Shown: piece after piece, positions 19,600-28,253 of the stretch
Position numbering within the stretch: position 1 is the stretch's first letter
Layout of the letters: each line of letters starts with the position of its first letter
Source of the DNA: Candidatus Omnitrophota bacterium
GTDB taxonomy: Bacteria; Omnitrophota; Gorgyraeia; Gygaellales; Profunditerraquicolaceae
Length of the DNA stretch: 64,000 nucleotides
Direction: 5' to 3'
NCBI GenBank assembly: GCA_041651035.1
Contig: JBAZKC010000001.1
Coordinates: 323,244-387,243 of the forward strand
Made by a program: the position numbers and the translations under genes
Notes under the pieces: generated by a model
What the model saw: the letters and a program-made list of their open reading frames with translations, nothing else
What the model was told of the DNA's origin: nothing
The model's database searches: none

Positions 19600-20530
19600 T
19601 TGGCCTTGGTTTTATTAAGCCCTGGAATGGATAGGCTTTAACGCTTAATTCCAGCTTATAGGTGTTGTCGTAAACCTGCCCGTCCGGGGCCTCTTGAGGA
19701 TCCAGGAAATAAAGCGCGTCTTTAGCATCATCATAAAATACGGAATTCGTTTCTTTATTCAAATTCACCAGATTAACCGGCGCGGCCTGACGGCTTGCCT
19801 CCAATACCCCTATATTCTTATCAGTAACTAAAACAAGGTGGTAGCTGTCGGAATGCCAGAATATATCAACTATATTGCGGTCAGGATAATTCAATATGAA
19901 TGAATAACCCGCGGGTGATGAACCGTTTTGCGCAATTAAATAAATTACCGCGATCTGGTGCTGGCTAAAGCCCAATAATTTTTCCTGGTCAGGGGAAGGC
20001 TTCCATTTCTTAAGCGGGATGCTGGCTTTGGGTATAGTGCCAACCTCTTTAAAATTATCACCCTCCAGATCCGACCTGTAAATAATACTGTCTTGCTGGT
20101 TAACGTAATAGATCTTCTCTTTTTCCTTATCTACCCAATAGGAGGAAATCTTGTTTTTATTCAGCTGTTTGATATTCGACCTTAAAGGGAAAAAGATGAT
20201 CTTCTCCAGGCGGGTGACCCTGCCGCCTTCTACATCAACCTCCCCAAACCAGGGATAATATTTCTCCAATTCCAGCCTGATATTATATTTACCCGGCAGG
20301 AGCTCATTAATAGTGGCGGATGTTTTATCATTTAATAATCTGCCGTTTAGATAAATACTTGCTCCCTGGGGCTGTGTTTTTAAAGCGACCAGCCCGGTTT
20401 TGGTAAATTTGAATGTCCGCTTATTGAATTTGTAACCCAGCGCGAAAGATAAAATAAAAGGCAGGCCGAGCAGGAATATAGTCAGGCTTAAATAAAATAA
20501 AACGGTCCTTATTCTTTGTTCGTGAGACAC
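19592..20530 (-). CDS. PEGA-domain protein with N-terminal TM anchor and a C-terminal beta-rich domain
   Basis: TM helix (LFYLSLTIFLLGLPFIL) then a PEGA-like segment (GASIYLNGRLLNDKTSATINELLPGKYNIRLE). Overlaps the GT2 gene by 8 nt. Confidence 0.45.
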   Translation of the reverse strand: MSHEQRIRTVLFYLSLTIFLLGLPFILSFALGYKFNKRTFKFTKTGLVALKTQPQGASIYLNGRLLNDKTSATINELLPGKYNIRLELEKYYPWFGEVDVEGGRVTRLEKIIFFPLRSNIKQLNKNKISSYWVDKEKEKIYYVNQQDSIIYRSDLEGDNFKEVGTIPKASIPLKKWKPSPDQEKLLGFSQHQIAVIYLIAQNGSSPAGYSFILNYPDRNIVDIFWHSDSYHLVLVTDKNIGVLEASRQAAPVNLVNLNKETNSVFYDDAKDALYFLDPQEAPDGQVYDNTYKLELSVKAYPFQGLIKPRPNE

Positions 20531-20787
20531 AGTGAAAACCTCTTTTCCAGATCCAGGATCAATTTCTTCGGCTTGATGCCGAAGACATACCCGCCTGATT
20601 TTTTATCACTTTTCACTACCCGGTGGCAAGGAACTAGGAACGGCAAAGGATTATTTTTTAATATCGTGCCCACCGCGCGGAACGCCCTGGGGTTACCTGC
20701 TTTTTGAGCCACCCACTTATAAGTCCGCACCTGGCCCAAGGGGATACTTAATACCGCTTTATAAACCTTCCTGGCAAAAGGAGTCAT
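20509..20787 (-). CDS. Methylated-DNA-protein-cysteine methyltransferase family protein (MGMT/Ogt DNA-binding domain)
   Basis: 92 aa. The PCHRVV active-site motif with the helix-turn-helix-like VAQKAGNPRAFRAVG is typical of the Ogt C-terminal domain. Confidence 0.7.
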   Translation of the reverse strand: MTPFARKVYKAVLSIPLGQVRTYKWVAQKAGNPRAFRAVGTILKNNPLPFLVPCHRVVKSDKKSGGYVFGIKPKKLILDLEKRFSLCLTNKE

Positions 20788-22025
20788 CTGCCTATAGTCT
20801 TCTTCCTTCTTAATATATGGTGATAGGAAACCGCAAACCTATGCGCTTCATCGCGGATCCTGCGGATCAAATTTAACGCGGGGGTGTCCGAACTTAATTT
20901 TATGGGTTCCGCCCTTTCTTTAGTATATATGTTCTCTTGTTCTTTAGCAATACTTACTAAAGGTACGCGCACGCCCAACCCCTTAAGTGCTTTTTGCGCG
21001 GTCAAAAGATGCCCCCTGCCGCCGTCAATAAGGATTAAATCCGGCAGCGGAGATTTCTCCCGGATAAGCCTGGCATAACGCCTCTCTACTACCTCGCTCA
21101 GCATTTTATAATCATTAACCGCCCTGACTGTCTTTATCCGGAAGCGGCGGTAATTATTTTTATCCGGCATGCCTCTATAGAAACTGACCATTGAACCAGT
21201 GGCTTCTTTGCCGTATATATTAGATATATCAAAGGCTTCAATGCGTTTAATGGGCAGGCGTAAGCGCAGCAGGTTTTTCAGGTCTTCTAACGCGAACCGA
21301 CTGGAAAAACCGGTTTGGCCCCGGCCTATCGCGCCTAAGGCGCTTATCTGGTCCCTAAGCTTGGCTGCTTCTTCAAATTCCCGCCTTTTAGATCTTAAGC
21401 CCATTTCGCGGGATAATTTTTTAATAAGGAAATCTGTTTTCCCCTCTAAGATCAGGGATATATTTTTTGTGGTCTTAGCGTATGCCTGTTTATTTATCCT
21501 GCCGATGCAGGGAGCCGGAGATAGGCCTATCCTGTAATATATGCATTCCTTCCTGGGAAGGTGTTTACAGGAACGATACGGGAAATGCCTGCGGATAATT
21601 TTCAGAGCCTCTCTTAAAAGGCCGGAATTTGTATACGGGCCGAAGTAACGCGCGCCGTCCGGTTCTTTTCTCCTGACGATACAAATCGCGGGGAATTCTT
21701 CATTTGTTATCTTAACCATAGGAAAACTTTTGTCGTCACGAAGCGATATATTATATTTGGGTTTATATTTACGGACTAAATTTGCCTCAAGCAATAAAGC
21801 TAGGCTTTCGGCGGGAGTGGGCCTGTATCCGATATCATAAACATTAGACATCAGAGCAACGGTCTTACTGGAAAGGCCGCCGGAGAAATAACTGCTTAAT
21901 CGTTTTCTTAATGACTTTGCCTTACCGATGTAAATAACCTTGCCTGCCTGGTCTTTCATAAGATAGACTCCCGGGCTATCCGGCATAGAAGCAATTCTCT
22001 CTTTTAGCTTATCGACACACGCCAT
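20784..22025 (-). CDS. uvrC: Excinuclease ABC subunit C (UvrC), short form lacking the C-terminal (HhH)2 domain
   Basis: GIY-YIG (GVYLMKD...GKVIYIGKAKSLRKR), a UVR-like helix (FEEAAKLRDQISAL) and the RNase H-like nuclease motif IRDEAHRFAVSYHH. Only 413 aa. Confidence 0.65.
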   Translation of the reverse strand: MACVDKLKERIASMPDSPGVYLMKDQAGKVIYIGKAKSLRKRLSSYFSGGLSSKTVALMSNVYDIGYRPTPAESLALLLEANLVRKYKPKYNISLRDDKSFPMVKITNEEFPAICIVRRKEPDGARYFGPYTNSGLLREALKIIRRHFPYRSCKHLPRKECIYYRIGLSPAPCIGRINKQAYAKTTKNISLILEGKTDFLIKKLSREMGLRSKRREFEEAAKLRDQISALGAIGRGQTGFSSRFALEDLKNLLRLRLPIKRIEAFDISNIYGKEATGSMVSFYRGMPDKNNYRRFRIKTVRAVNDYKMLSEVVERRYARLIREKSPLPDLILIDGGRGHLLTAQKALKGLGVRVPLVSIAKEQENIYTKERAEPIKLSSDTPALNLIRRIRDEAHRFAVSYHHILRRKKTIGR

Positions 22026-22027
22026 TT

Positions 22028-23626
22028 TTATAATTGATCCTTAAGGGGAGTAGCCACTTTCTTAGCTAACCACTGCCACAATTGCCGCATCTCAACTACC
22101 TTAAAGATAAAACAGAAAACAATATAAGATACGATTCCGGAAATAAGCGCTAATGCCAGATTAATTACTTTATACAATATATTGGCGCCCAGGAAGATGT
22201 TCTGGGAAACAAGATAACAGGCTATGCCCATGCAGATACTCGCTGCCAGTATCCGCATAAAAGATCCCAGGATCTCTTTCGTATCAAAATCCCCCAGTTT
22301 TCTCTTTAAGACAAAAAACAGGATAAAAAATGTGCTTATACCGGATAAAGATGTGGCCAGCGCCAATCCCCCGATCTTAAGGGGGAACATAAACAGGAAA
22401 TTCAAGCCGGTATTAATTATTAAAGCGATGGCCGCTATTTTTGTGGGGGTCACGGTGTCTTTTAAAGCAAAAAAACAAGACTGCAATATCTTGGTCGCCC
22501 CATAAGCGGACAAACCAATACTATAAAAGAATAACGCGTTAGCGGTGAGTTTGGCGGAATTCGTGTCAAACCTCCCGCCGCCGAATAATAGCGAAACAAT
22601 AGGCAAGGCCAGGACCATAAATCCCACGGAAGCAGGCAGCATAACGAAAAATGATGTACGCAGGCCCCAGGAAAGCGTATGCTTTAGCCCCTGGTGTCCT
22701 TCTTCCAGCGCCTGCGTGGAAAACGCGGGCAATATCGCCTGCGAAAGAGCGTTGCTAAAGATGCCTAAAGGGAACTGGATCAATCTATAGGAGAAATATA
22801 ATACGGCGACCCCTCCTTCTCCCACTATCCAGGCCAAAGAACCGAACATTGTGTCTACAAAATTATTCAATTGGTATATGGAAGAACTTAAAATCCGCGG
22901 CAGCATCAATACGCCGATAGTTTTTGCTGCCGGATGGTTGAATCTGGCGGGGAACTTGAGCCTAAAGCCTTTCTTGTAAAGCACCGGGACCTGAACTGCC
23001 AATTGCAGGATCCCTCCTGCCAGGATCCCCAAAGCCAGGCCTTTTATCCCTTCCCCGAAAATAAGCGCGAATACGATTATGGAGATATTTAAAAGGCAGG
23101 GCGCGAAAGCGGGAACGGCAAAATGTTTTAAGGAATTCAGTATCCCCATAGAATAAGCCGCCAGGCTTACTAATAAAATATAGGGAAAGATGATGCGAGT
23201 TAACCTGATCGTGGCTTCTAATTTCTCCGGAGAGGCCGTAAAGCCGGGCGCGATGAGCCGCACGATAACCGGAGATAATATTATCCCCAAGAGCGTGATC
23301 GACATAAGGACGACCAACAGCAAATTAAGCACGACGTTTATAAGCTCCCAAAACTCCTCTTTCGAATGGGTTACCGCGTATTGGCTGAACACCGGGACAA
23401 GCGCGGCATTAGTCGCTCCTTCGCCAACCAGATCACGGAATAGGTTAGGGATTTTAAACGCTATGACAAAGGCCTGGGCGTAAATATAGACTCCGAATAG
23501 CCTGGCAATGATCACATCCCGGATGAACCCCAATATGCGGGAGCACAAAGTCGCCAGGCCAATTACGCTGGCGGATTTAGCGAGGCTGCGGTGGGTTTGA
23601 AGATAAACAGATTTGTCTGTTGACAT
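22028..23626 (-). CDS. murJ: Lipid II flippase MurJ
   Basis: 532 aa. MviN/MurJ N-terminal signature (RILGFIRDVIIARLFGV...FKIPNLFRDLVGEGATNAALVPVFSQ). 14 TM helices. Confidence 0.85.
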   Translation of the reverse strand: MSTDKSVYLQTHRSLAKSASVIGLATLCSRILGFIRDVIIARLFGVYIYAQAFVIAFKIPNLFRDLVGEGATNAALVPVFSQYAVTHSKEEFWELINVVLNLLLVVLMSITLLGIILSPVIVRLIAPGFTASPEKLEATIRLTRIIFPYILLVSLAAYSMGILNSLKHFAVPAFAPCLLNISIIVFALIFGEGIKGLALGILAGGILQLAVQVPVLYKKGFRLKFPARFNHPAAKTIGVLMLPRILSSSIYQLNNFVDTMFGSLAWIVGEGGVAVLYFSYRLIQFPLGIFSNALSQAILPAFSTQALEEGHQGLKHTLSWGLRTSFFVMLPASVGFMVLALPIVSLLFGGGRFDTNSAKLTANALFFYSIGLSAYGATKILQSCFFALKDTVTPTKIAAIALIINTGLNFLFMFPLKIGGLALATSLSGISTFFILFFVLKRKLGDFDTKEILGSFMRILAASICMGIACYLVSQNIFLGANILYKVINLALALISGIVSYIVFCFIFKVVEMRQLWQWLAKKVATPLKDQL

Positions 23627-23740
23627 AACTAGTTAATTATGATATAAAAATTACTCGTTGTGGTTATCCCTTGCGTAAGCGCTTGAAGATTTCCTGGCGC
23701 TTCGCGCCAAAAATCTTCTTCGCACGCTTCGGGATAATTC

Positions 23741-23786
23741 GCGCATATAACTTACGTTGCGCTTCGCGCTTCCGTAAGTTATGCGC
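23741..23786 (+). promoter_or_regulatory. Long imperfect hairpin in the rpsT leader (GCGCATATAACTTACG ... CGTAAGTTATGCGC)
   Basis: A 14-16-bp stem with a 2-nt bulge, ending 8 nt before the rpsT SD (AAAGGAG). CGCTTCG-type repeats lie upstream. Confidence 0.4.
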
Positions 23787-23804
23787 TCATTAAAGGAGAA
23801 AAAT

Positions 23805-24065
23805 ATGCCCAGGCGCAGGACCTCTGTAAAGAAAACCCGTGCTGACAAAAAAAAGCACCTACGGAATTTAAAAATAAAACAGCAGCTCAAGAAAACAATA
23901 AAAAAGTTCCAGTCATTATTATCCGCAAAGAACACCGCTGAAGCTAAAGCATTATTAGGAAAGGTGTTTTCTCAACTCGATAAGGCGGCAAAAAAAAGAG
24001 TTATCCATCCCTGCACATCCGACAGAAGAAAATCACGGCTGGCAAAGAAACTCTCACGGACCTGA
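23805..24065 (+). CDS. rpsT: 30S ribosomal protein S20
   Basis: MPRRRTSVKKTRADKKKHLRN...KNTAEAKALL...KSRLAKKLS is S20-like. The start was set at the ATG with a GGAG SD 7 nt upstream. The ORF-track start at 23781 lies inside the leader hairpin. Confidence 0.8.
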   Translation: MPRRRTSVKKTRADKKKHLRNLKIKQQLKKTIKKFQSLLSAKNTAEAKALLGKVFSQLDKAAKKRVIHPCTSDRRKSRLAKKLSRT

Positions 24066-24101
24066 TATTTTCTATAGCCTGGGTACCTTGAGCCCTTTAA
24101 T

Positions 24102-24752
24102 TCAATTTCTCTCACGGGCAGCCCCGCACAAATTTATTACCAGCCTCTCTAACGCGAAAACGGGTTTAAGTTTACCCGTTTTGATATCAATATCGCAATT
24201 AAGCAGTAATCGTAACTTTCTTTTCATGGTAAGGGCGCTTGCCGTATCCCTTTCCCAGGCATACCTTAATCCCCCTAAAATCCGTTCCGGCCTTTCTCCC
24301 GCTTTAAGAAGCTGATCCAGTACCCGAAGGGCGTAGTCGGGCTTGCTTAAGGCTATCTGGCGGCTTAAGGCGAATGTATCCAGTTGTTTTGTTTCTTTAA
24401 AATGGCAGGCCTTTACATATCTACGCAAATGGCCTATAAATTCTTTGGACTTATCCGGCTGGGTGATATCTAAAACAAGGATTATCTGCTTATACGGTTC
24501 CTTTATATATTTAATAATATAATCCCTAACGCCTTCTTTTAAGTTCTGCGCCTCTTTTATGACTATTATTCGTTTGGGGTTATTTACAGGCAGGTAGAAT
24601 AATCTTTCTTGCAGGTCTTTTAAAGTTAATTCCCTGGCGTATAAAATATCCAGGTTGAACTGTTCGGTTTCTTTCTTAAAGAATTCTTTTCGTATCGCCT
24701 TTAACTGCGCGTCCTTAGAAAGGCAGTCTTCGCCTAGGAATAGATAAACCAT
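24102..24752 (-). CDS. holA: DNA polymerase III delta subunit (HolA), short
   Basis: MVYLFLGEDCLSKDAQLKAIRKEF resembles the HolA N-terminus (YLLYGEE...). Synteny with lptE immediately upstream matches the conserved leuS-lptE-holA arrangement. 216 aa. Confidence 0.55.
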   Translation of the reverse strand: MVYLFLGEDCLSKDAQLKAIRKEFFKKETEQFNLDILYARELTLKDLQERLFYLPVNNPKRIIVIKEAQNLKEGVRDYIIKYIKEPYKQIILVLDITQPDKSKEFIGHLRRYVKACHFKETKQLDTFALSRQIALSKPDYALRVLDQLLKAGERPERILGGLRYAWERDTASALTMKRKLRLLLNCDIDIKTGKLKPVFALERLVINLCGAARERN

Positions 24753-24758
24753 TTTAAG

Positions 24759-25310
24759 CTACCATACTTCAACTGCCCGCTCAACGATCCTGCGCGCTAA
24801 ATCATCCAGGGCATCTTTTACGGCAGCGTCTTCGGTTTTCGCCTGGATCCCGCTGGTAAAATAAGTGGTATCGCCTATAAAATTGTTTTCCTGCCAGAGC
24901 AGTTTATTTTCTTTTTTATCCTGGAGGCTGATATTGACCACTAAATTGATCCTGTATTCGGCGACCACGTCATTACTATCATATCTTAAAGGATCCCTGC
25001 GGAATTCGGTGATTTCCCCTTTTAAAACCACATCCGCCGATTCTTCTTTCACGGGCCTTAAATTCCCGTCAAAAAGAAATTTATTTGTAACAGACCTAGT
25101 GATATCTGTTTCTATCATAGGCCTGTAGATCCTGTATTTGTTCTGGGTATATGCCTCATTGGTGATATCTACTTTATTAATAAAAGGCGTTACATATATG
25201 GTCTTGAAATTATCCGAGATCATAGAACGGGTAGTATAACCGCATCCCGTAAGCCCGAGGCCGCAGACGGAAAACCACAAACTAAAGGCAATTATCTTTA
25301 GGTTCCTCAT
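24759..25310 (-). CDS. lptE: LPS-assembly lipoprotein LptE (RlpB-like)
   Basis: Lipobox LTGC|G after a signal peptide. ~180 aa beta-rich protein. Its position between the leuS-side genes and holA matches the conserved operon. Confidence 0.5.
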   Translation of the reverse strand: MRNLKIIAFSLWFSVCGLGLTGCGYTTRSMISDNFKTIYVTPFINKVDITNEAYTQNKYRIYRPMIETDITRSVTNKFLFDGNLRPVKEESADVVLKGEITEFRRDPLRYDSNDVVAEYRINLVVNISLQDKKENKLLWQENNFIGDTTYFTSGIQAKTEDAAVKDALDDLARRIVERAVEVW

Positions 25311-26251
25311 TTTTTAGCCTCCATTAACCGCAACCTCTCCAGGGCCTTGCCCGCCCATGTACTATCGGGATAATTACTGATCGTATCGTTGTAATAAATC
25401 TTAGCTGATCCATACGCTTCCTGCTTTTCGTAAAACAGCCCGATATTATAGCTGCCTTCGGCCTCTTTTTCTCTTAACTGCTTTATGTTCTTCTCCGCGT
25501 CCCGGGAAAGGACTGCATCAGGATGCTCTTTTACAAACTCTTCAAACTTCTGCTTGGCTTCCTGTGTCGCTCCCTGATCATAAGAAGAACTCTTGGATAC
25601 AGCCGCCCTGCAAGAGGCGATCTGAAACTTTGCCGCCTCCACCCATTCGCTGTCAGGATAGTTTAAGATCACTTTATTAAAAGCGTCTTCCGCCTCATAG
25701 TACCTCATCAGGCTTTTTAAGACCAGCCCCAATTTGTACTGGGCCTTAGAGGCCAGAGGCCCAAAAGAAGAATTCTCCACCACTTTGGTAAATATCTCTA
25801 TAGCCGGATTCTCCACGGGCAAAGTAACACCCATGCTCTTGCGTTTTTCACCCGTCATAAAGCGTTCGGCGAGTCCGTATTCACGTTCAATGACCTCCTG
25901 GATCCTTTCTGAAAAAGGATATTTATCAATAACCTTTTGAAAAGCCTGATACGCCTCGTATAAATTACCCTGGGCCTCTTCTGTAAGCCCAAGATAATAC
26001 TGGCTTTCCGAAGCCTCAAAGGACCTGGGATATTTCTTCAGCAGCTTCTTAAACTCACGCTTGGCGTCTTCGTATTTCTTCTCGTCGTAAAAAGCCTTGG
26101 CGAAATCGAATTGTTCCTTAGGGGTAGGCTTGGGCATGCTCTTTGGGTTTATCCATTTGCCTGTCTTGGGAGTCCAGATCCAGTAAGGATAGGCTGGATT
26201 TACGGATAAACCTAAGGAAATAAACACTATTATTATGATTATTCGCTTCAT
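25307..26251 (-). CDS. TPR-repeat outer-membrane assembly factor, BamD/YfiO-like, with signal peptide
   Basis: Repeated ...Y..A...F..V...YP.S.... TPR units (KYPRSFEASESQYYLG, KYPFSERIQEV, NYPDSEWVEAAKFQIA, NYPDSTWAGKALERL), characteristic of BamD. No lipobox Cys. Confidence 0.45.
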   Translation of the reverse strand: MKRIIIIIVFISLGLSVNPAYPYWIWTPKTGKWINPKSMPKPTPKEQFDFAKAFYDEKKYEDAKREFKKLLKKYPRSFEASESQYYLGLTEEAQGNLYEAYQAFQKVIDKYPFSERIQEVIEREYGLAERFMTGEKRKSMGVTLPVENPAIEIFTKVVENSSFGPLASKAQYKLGLVLKSLMRYYEAEDAFNKVILNYPDSEWVEAAKFQIASCRAAVSKSSSYDQGATQEAKQKFEEFVKEHPDAVLSRDAEKNIKQLREKEAEGSYNIGLFYEKQEAYGSAKIYYNDTISNYPDSTWAGKALERLRLMEAKK

Positions 26252-26296
26252 GTTAGTTTAATTTAACATATATATGGGGATTTGTCAACCCTGCCC

Positions 26297-27835
26297 TCAA
26301 GAGCAGTCTCTTGTAAAGCGGATACGGAAAAGGTTCAAGATCAATAAAAGCAGGATGTAATAAAATAAGACCGCGGCAGGAGATACTCCGGATAATTTAA
26401 AATACGCTCCGGGGATACTGATCAACAAGGAATTTATCTTAAATAATAATGAAATAGACAACTCACAGCTGGCAGCAAACACAGGCGCTAAAGAAGGCGC
26501 TAATATGCCCAGGAGCATTAAAGTAAATCCTGAAGCTACGATGATTGAGGCATAAGGGACGATAATCATATTCGCTATAAGAGCAACGGGAGTAATAATC
26601 TTAAAATAATACGCGATTAAAGGCAGGAGGCCAAGCCAGGCGGCAAACGAGACAGAGAACGTAAGAGCTAAGAACCGCGCCCAGTTTATCTTACATAACC
26701 CTGGCGGGAATATGGCTGTGATCTTTGGCGTAAGCCAGACAATAAAAATTATACTCAAGAACGATAACTGAAAACTGATCTCAAAAATCTGCCAGGGATT
26801 AATTGCCAATATGATCAAGGCGGCCAGGGACAGGGAATTATAGATATCAACTTCCCGCTTCAGGAAATAACTAAACAATAAAACTATGGCCATGATCGTC
26901 GCTCTGACTACCGGCGGATTTGCTCCGGTTAAGACGCAGTAAACAAATAAAAAAATAATAGTAAGCATATAGCGCGGCTTTCTGGGGATCCTGATGATCT
27001 TTAGTATGAGCAGGGCCATAAAAGCGACGATGCCTATATTAAAACCGGAGATAGCGATTATATGGATAGTGCCGGATTTTAATAACCCGTCATTAACCCA
27101 AAAGGGCAGGTTTTGCCTTTCGCCTAAAATAAGGGCATTGAATATATTCGCTGAAAAAGAAGGCAAGTTCTTATCAAACGCCGCTTTCATATTGCTCCTG
27201 GCCATATACCCCAGAAAGGTTAACGGGTTACCGGCATGCCTATCTAACCGCTTGATCATTTCGCCCTTCTTCACGCTCAAAACGCAGTAAATACCCTGGC
27301 GTTTTAAATAATCTCTGTAATCAAACCCTCCTGAGAAAGAAAACGGCCGGTACAATTTGCCTCTCAGCAACAATCTATCCCCGTAGGAAAACCTGTTCTT
27401 TCCAAAAACCTTGGCTAAAACTTTGCCGCGGGCCTTAAGCCAGGTTTCGTTTATTCCTATCTTTTCCGCCTTTAAAATAAAAGAAGTGCTGCTGGCCTGG
27501 TAATAGGGTTCATTGTCGATGACCCCTATTAAAAAAGAAGGCCCGCTTTTATAAGGGATTAATCTGGCGATATGACAGCCGGGGAGGGCTTGAGTGTTCT
27601 TTAATAAAACCGCTCCGAAGGAAAAAATAAGACAAGAGAGAAAAATATCAAATAGTATTCTTTTTTTAAATGATCCCCAGGCCGCTATCAGGGATATTGC
27701 CGCGAGAGAATAAAGCAGGGGCGGATAAATCCTTATTTTACTGGCGGCGATTATCCCTAAGCAGAAAATGAGCGTAAAACACGCTAAGGGATATTTCTTT
27801 ATTTTATGGTTAAATAATCCTTCATTTTCCCGCAT
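26297..27835 (-). CDS. comEC: DNA internalisation channel ComEC/Rec2 (competence domain only, no beta-lactamase domain)
   Basis: DUF4131-like N-terminal TMs plus the Competence domain (GTIHIIAISGFNIGIV...GANPPVVRATIMAIV). 512 aa. Confidence 0.7.
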   Translation of the reverse strand: MRENEGLFNHKIKKYPLACFTLIFCLGIIAASKIRIYPPLLYSLAAISLIAAWGSFKKRILFDIFLSCLIFSFGAVLLKNTQALPGCHIARLIPYKSGPSFLIGVIDNEPYYQASSTSFILKAEKIGINETWLKARGKVLAKVFGKNRFSYGDRLLLRGKLYRPFSFSGGFDYRDYLKRQGIYCVLSVKKGEMIKRLDRHAGNPLTFLGYMARSNMKAAFDKNLPSFSANIFNALILGERQNLPFWVNDGLLKSGTIHIIAISGFNIGIVAFMALLILKIIRIPRKPRYMLTIIFLFVYCVLTGANPPVVRATIMAIVLLFSYFLKREVDIYNSLSLAALIILAINPWQIFEISFQLSFLSIIFIVWLTPKITAIFPPGLCKINWARFLALTFSVSFAAWLGLLPLIAYYFKIITPVALIANMIIVPYASIIVASGFTLMLLGILAPSLAPVFAASCELSISLLFKINSLLISIPGAYFKLSGVSPAAVLFYYILLLLILNLFRIRFTRDCS

Positions 27836-28128
27836 TTGGATTCAGGGATACCTTTTATATTCTTTAATTCTTCCAGGCTGGTGAAACTTGTTTGCTTCTC
27901 CCTGTATTCAATGATACGCCTGGCTAATTTTTCTCCGATCCCCGGGATGCTCATCAACAGGTCCTTATCCGCTGAATTCAGGTCGATCTTGCCGATATCC
28001 TGGCTAAATCGCGCGATGGCCCTAACAGGAGAGTATTGTTTTGCTAAGAAATCTATACCCAATCCTGCTAACGCCAGGGCAGCCAGGAATAAAACAACCC
28101 GGCGTTCTTCCCGCGTAAGATTAAACAT
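27799..28128 (-). CDS. comEA: ComEA-like helix-hairpin-helix DNA-binding protein
   Basis: TM anchor then DLNSADKDLLMSIPGIGEKLARRIIEYR (HhH). 109 aa. Overlaps the comEC start. Confidence 0.7.
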   Translation of the reverse strand: MFNLTREERRVVLFLAALALAGLGIDFLAKQYSPVRAIARFSQDIGKIDLNSADKDLLMSIPGIGEKLARRIIEYREKQTSFTSLEELKNIKGIPESKCGKMKDYLTIK

Positions 28129-28253
28129 AAAAAATGCCCCTTTCTACTATAATTGACGTAAAAAGAGGCCCAATCTAACAAAATAGGGACACCCAACTTG
28201 CCAATCGGGGGACACCCTTTCAGTTAATCGGGAGGGTGTCCCCCGCTTAATGA

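Noticed and set aside
23781-23804. ORF-track start of rpsT at 23781
   Set aside because: That ATG lies inside the leader hairpin and has no SD. The ATG at 23805 follows AAAGGAG and gives the canonical S20 N-terminus.
28186-28250. Three GGGACACCC-type repeats and the inverted repeat GGGGGACACCC…GGGTGTCCCCC just downstream of leuS
   Set aside because: This is most simply the leuS transcription terminator, an 11-bp stem. The extra GGGACACCC copy is too short to call a repeat family. The U-tract is weak, so I did not list it as a confident feature.
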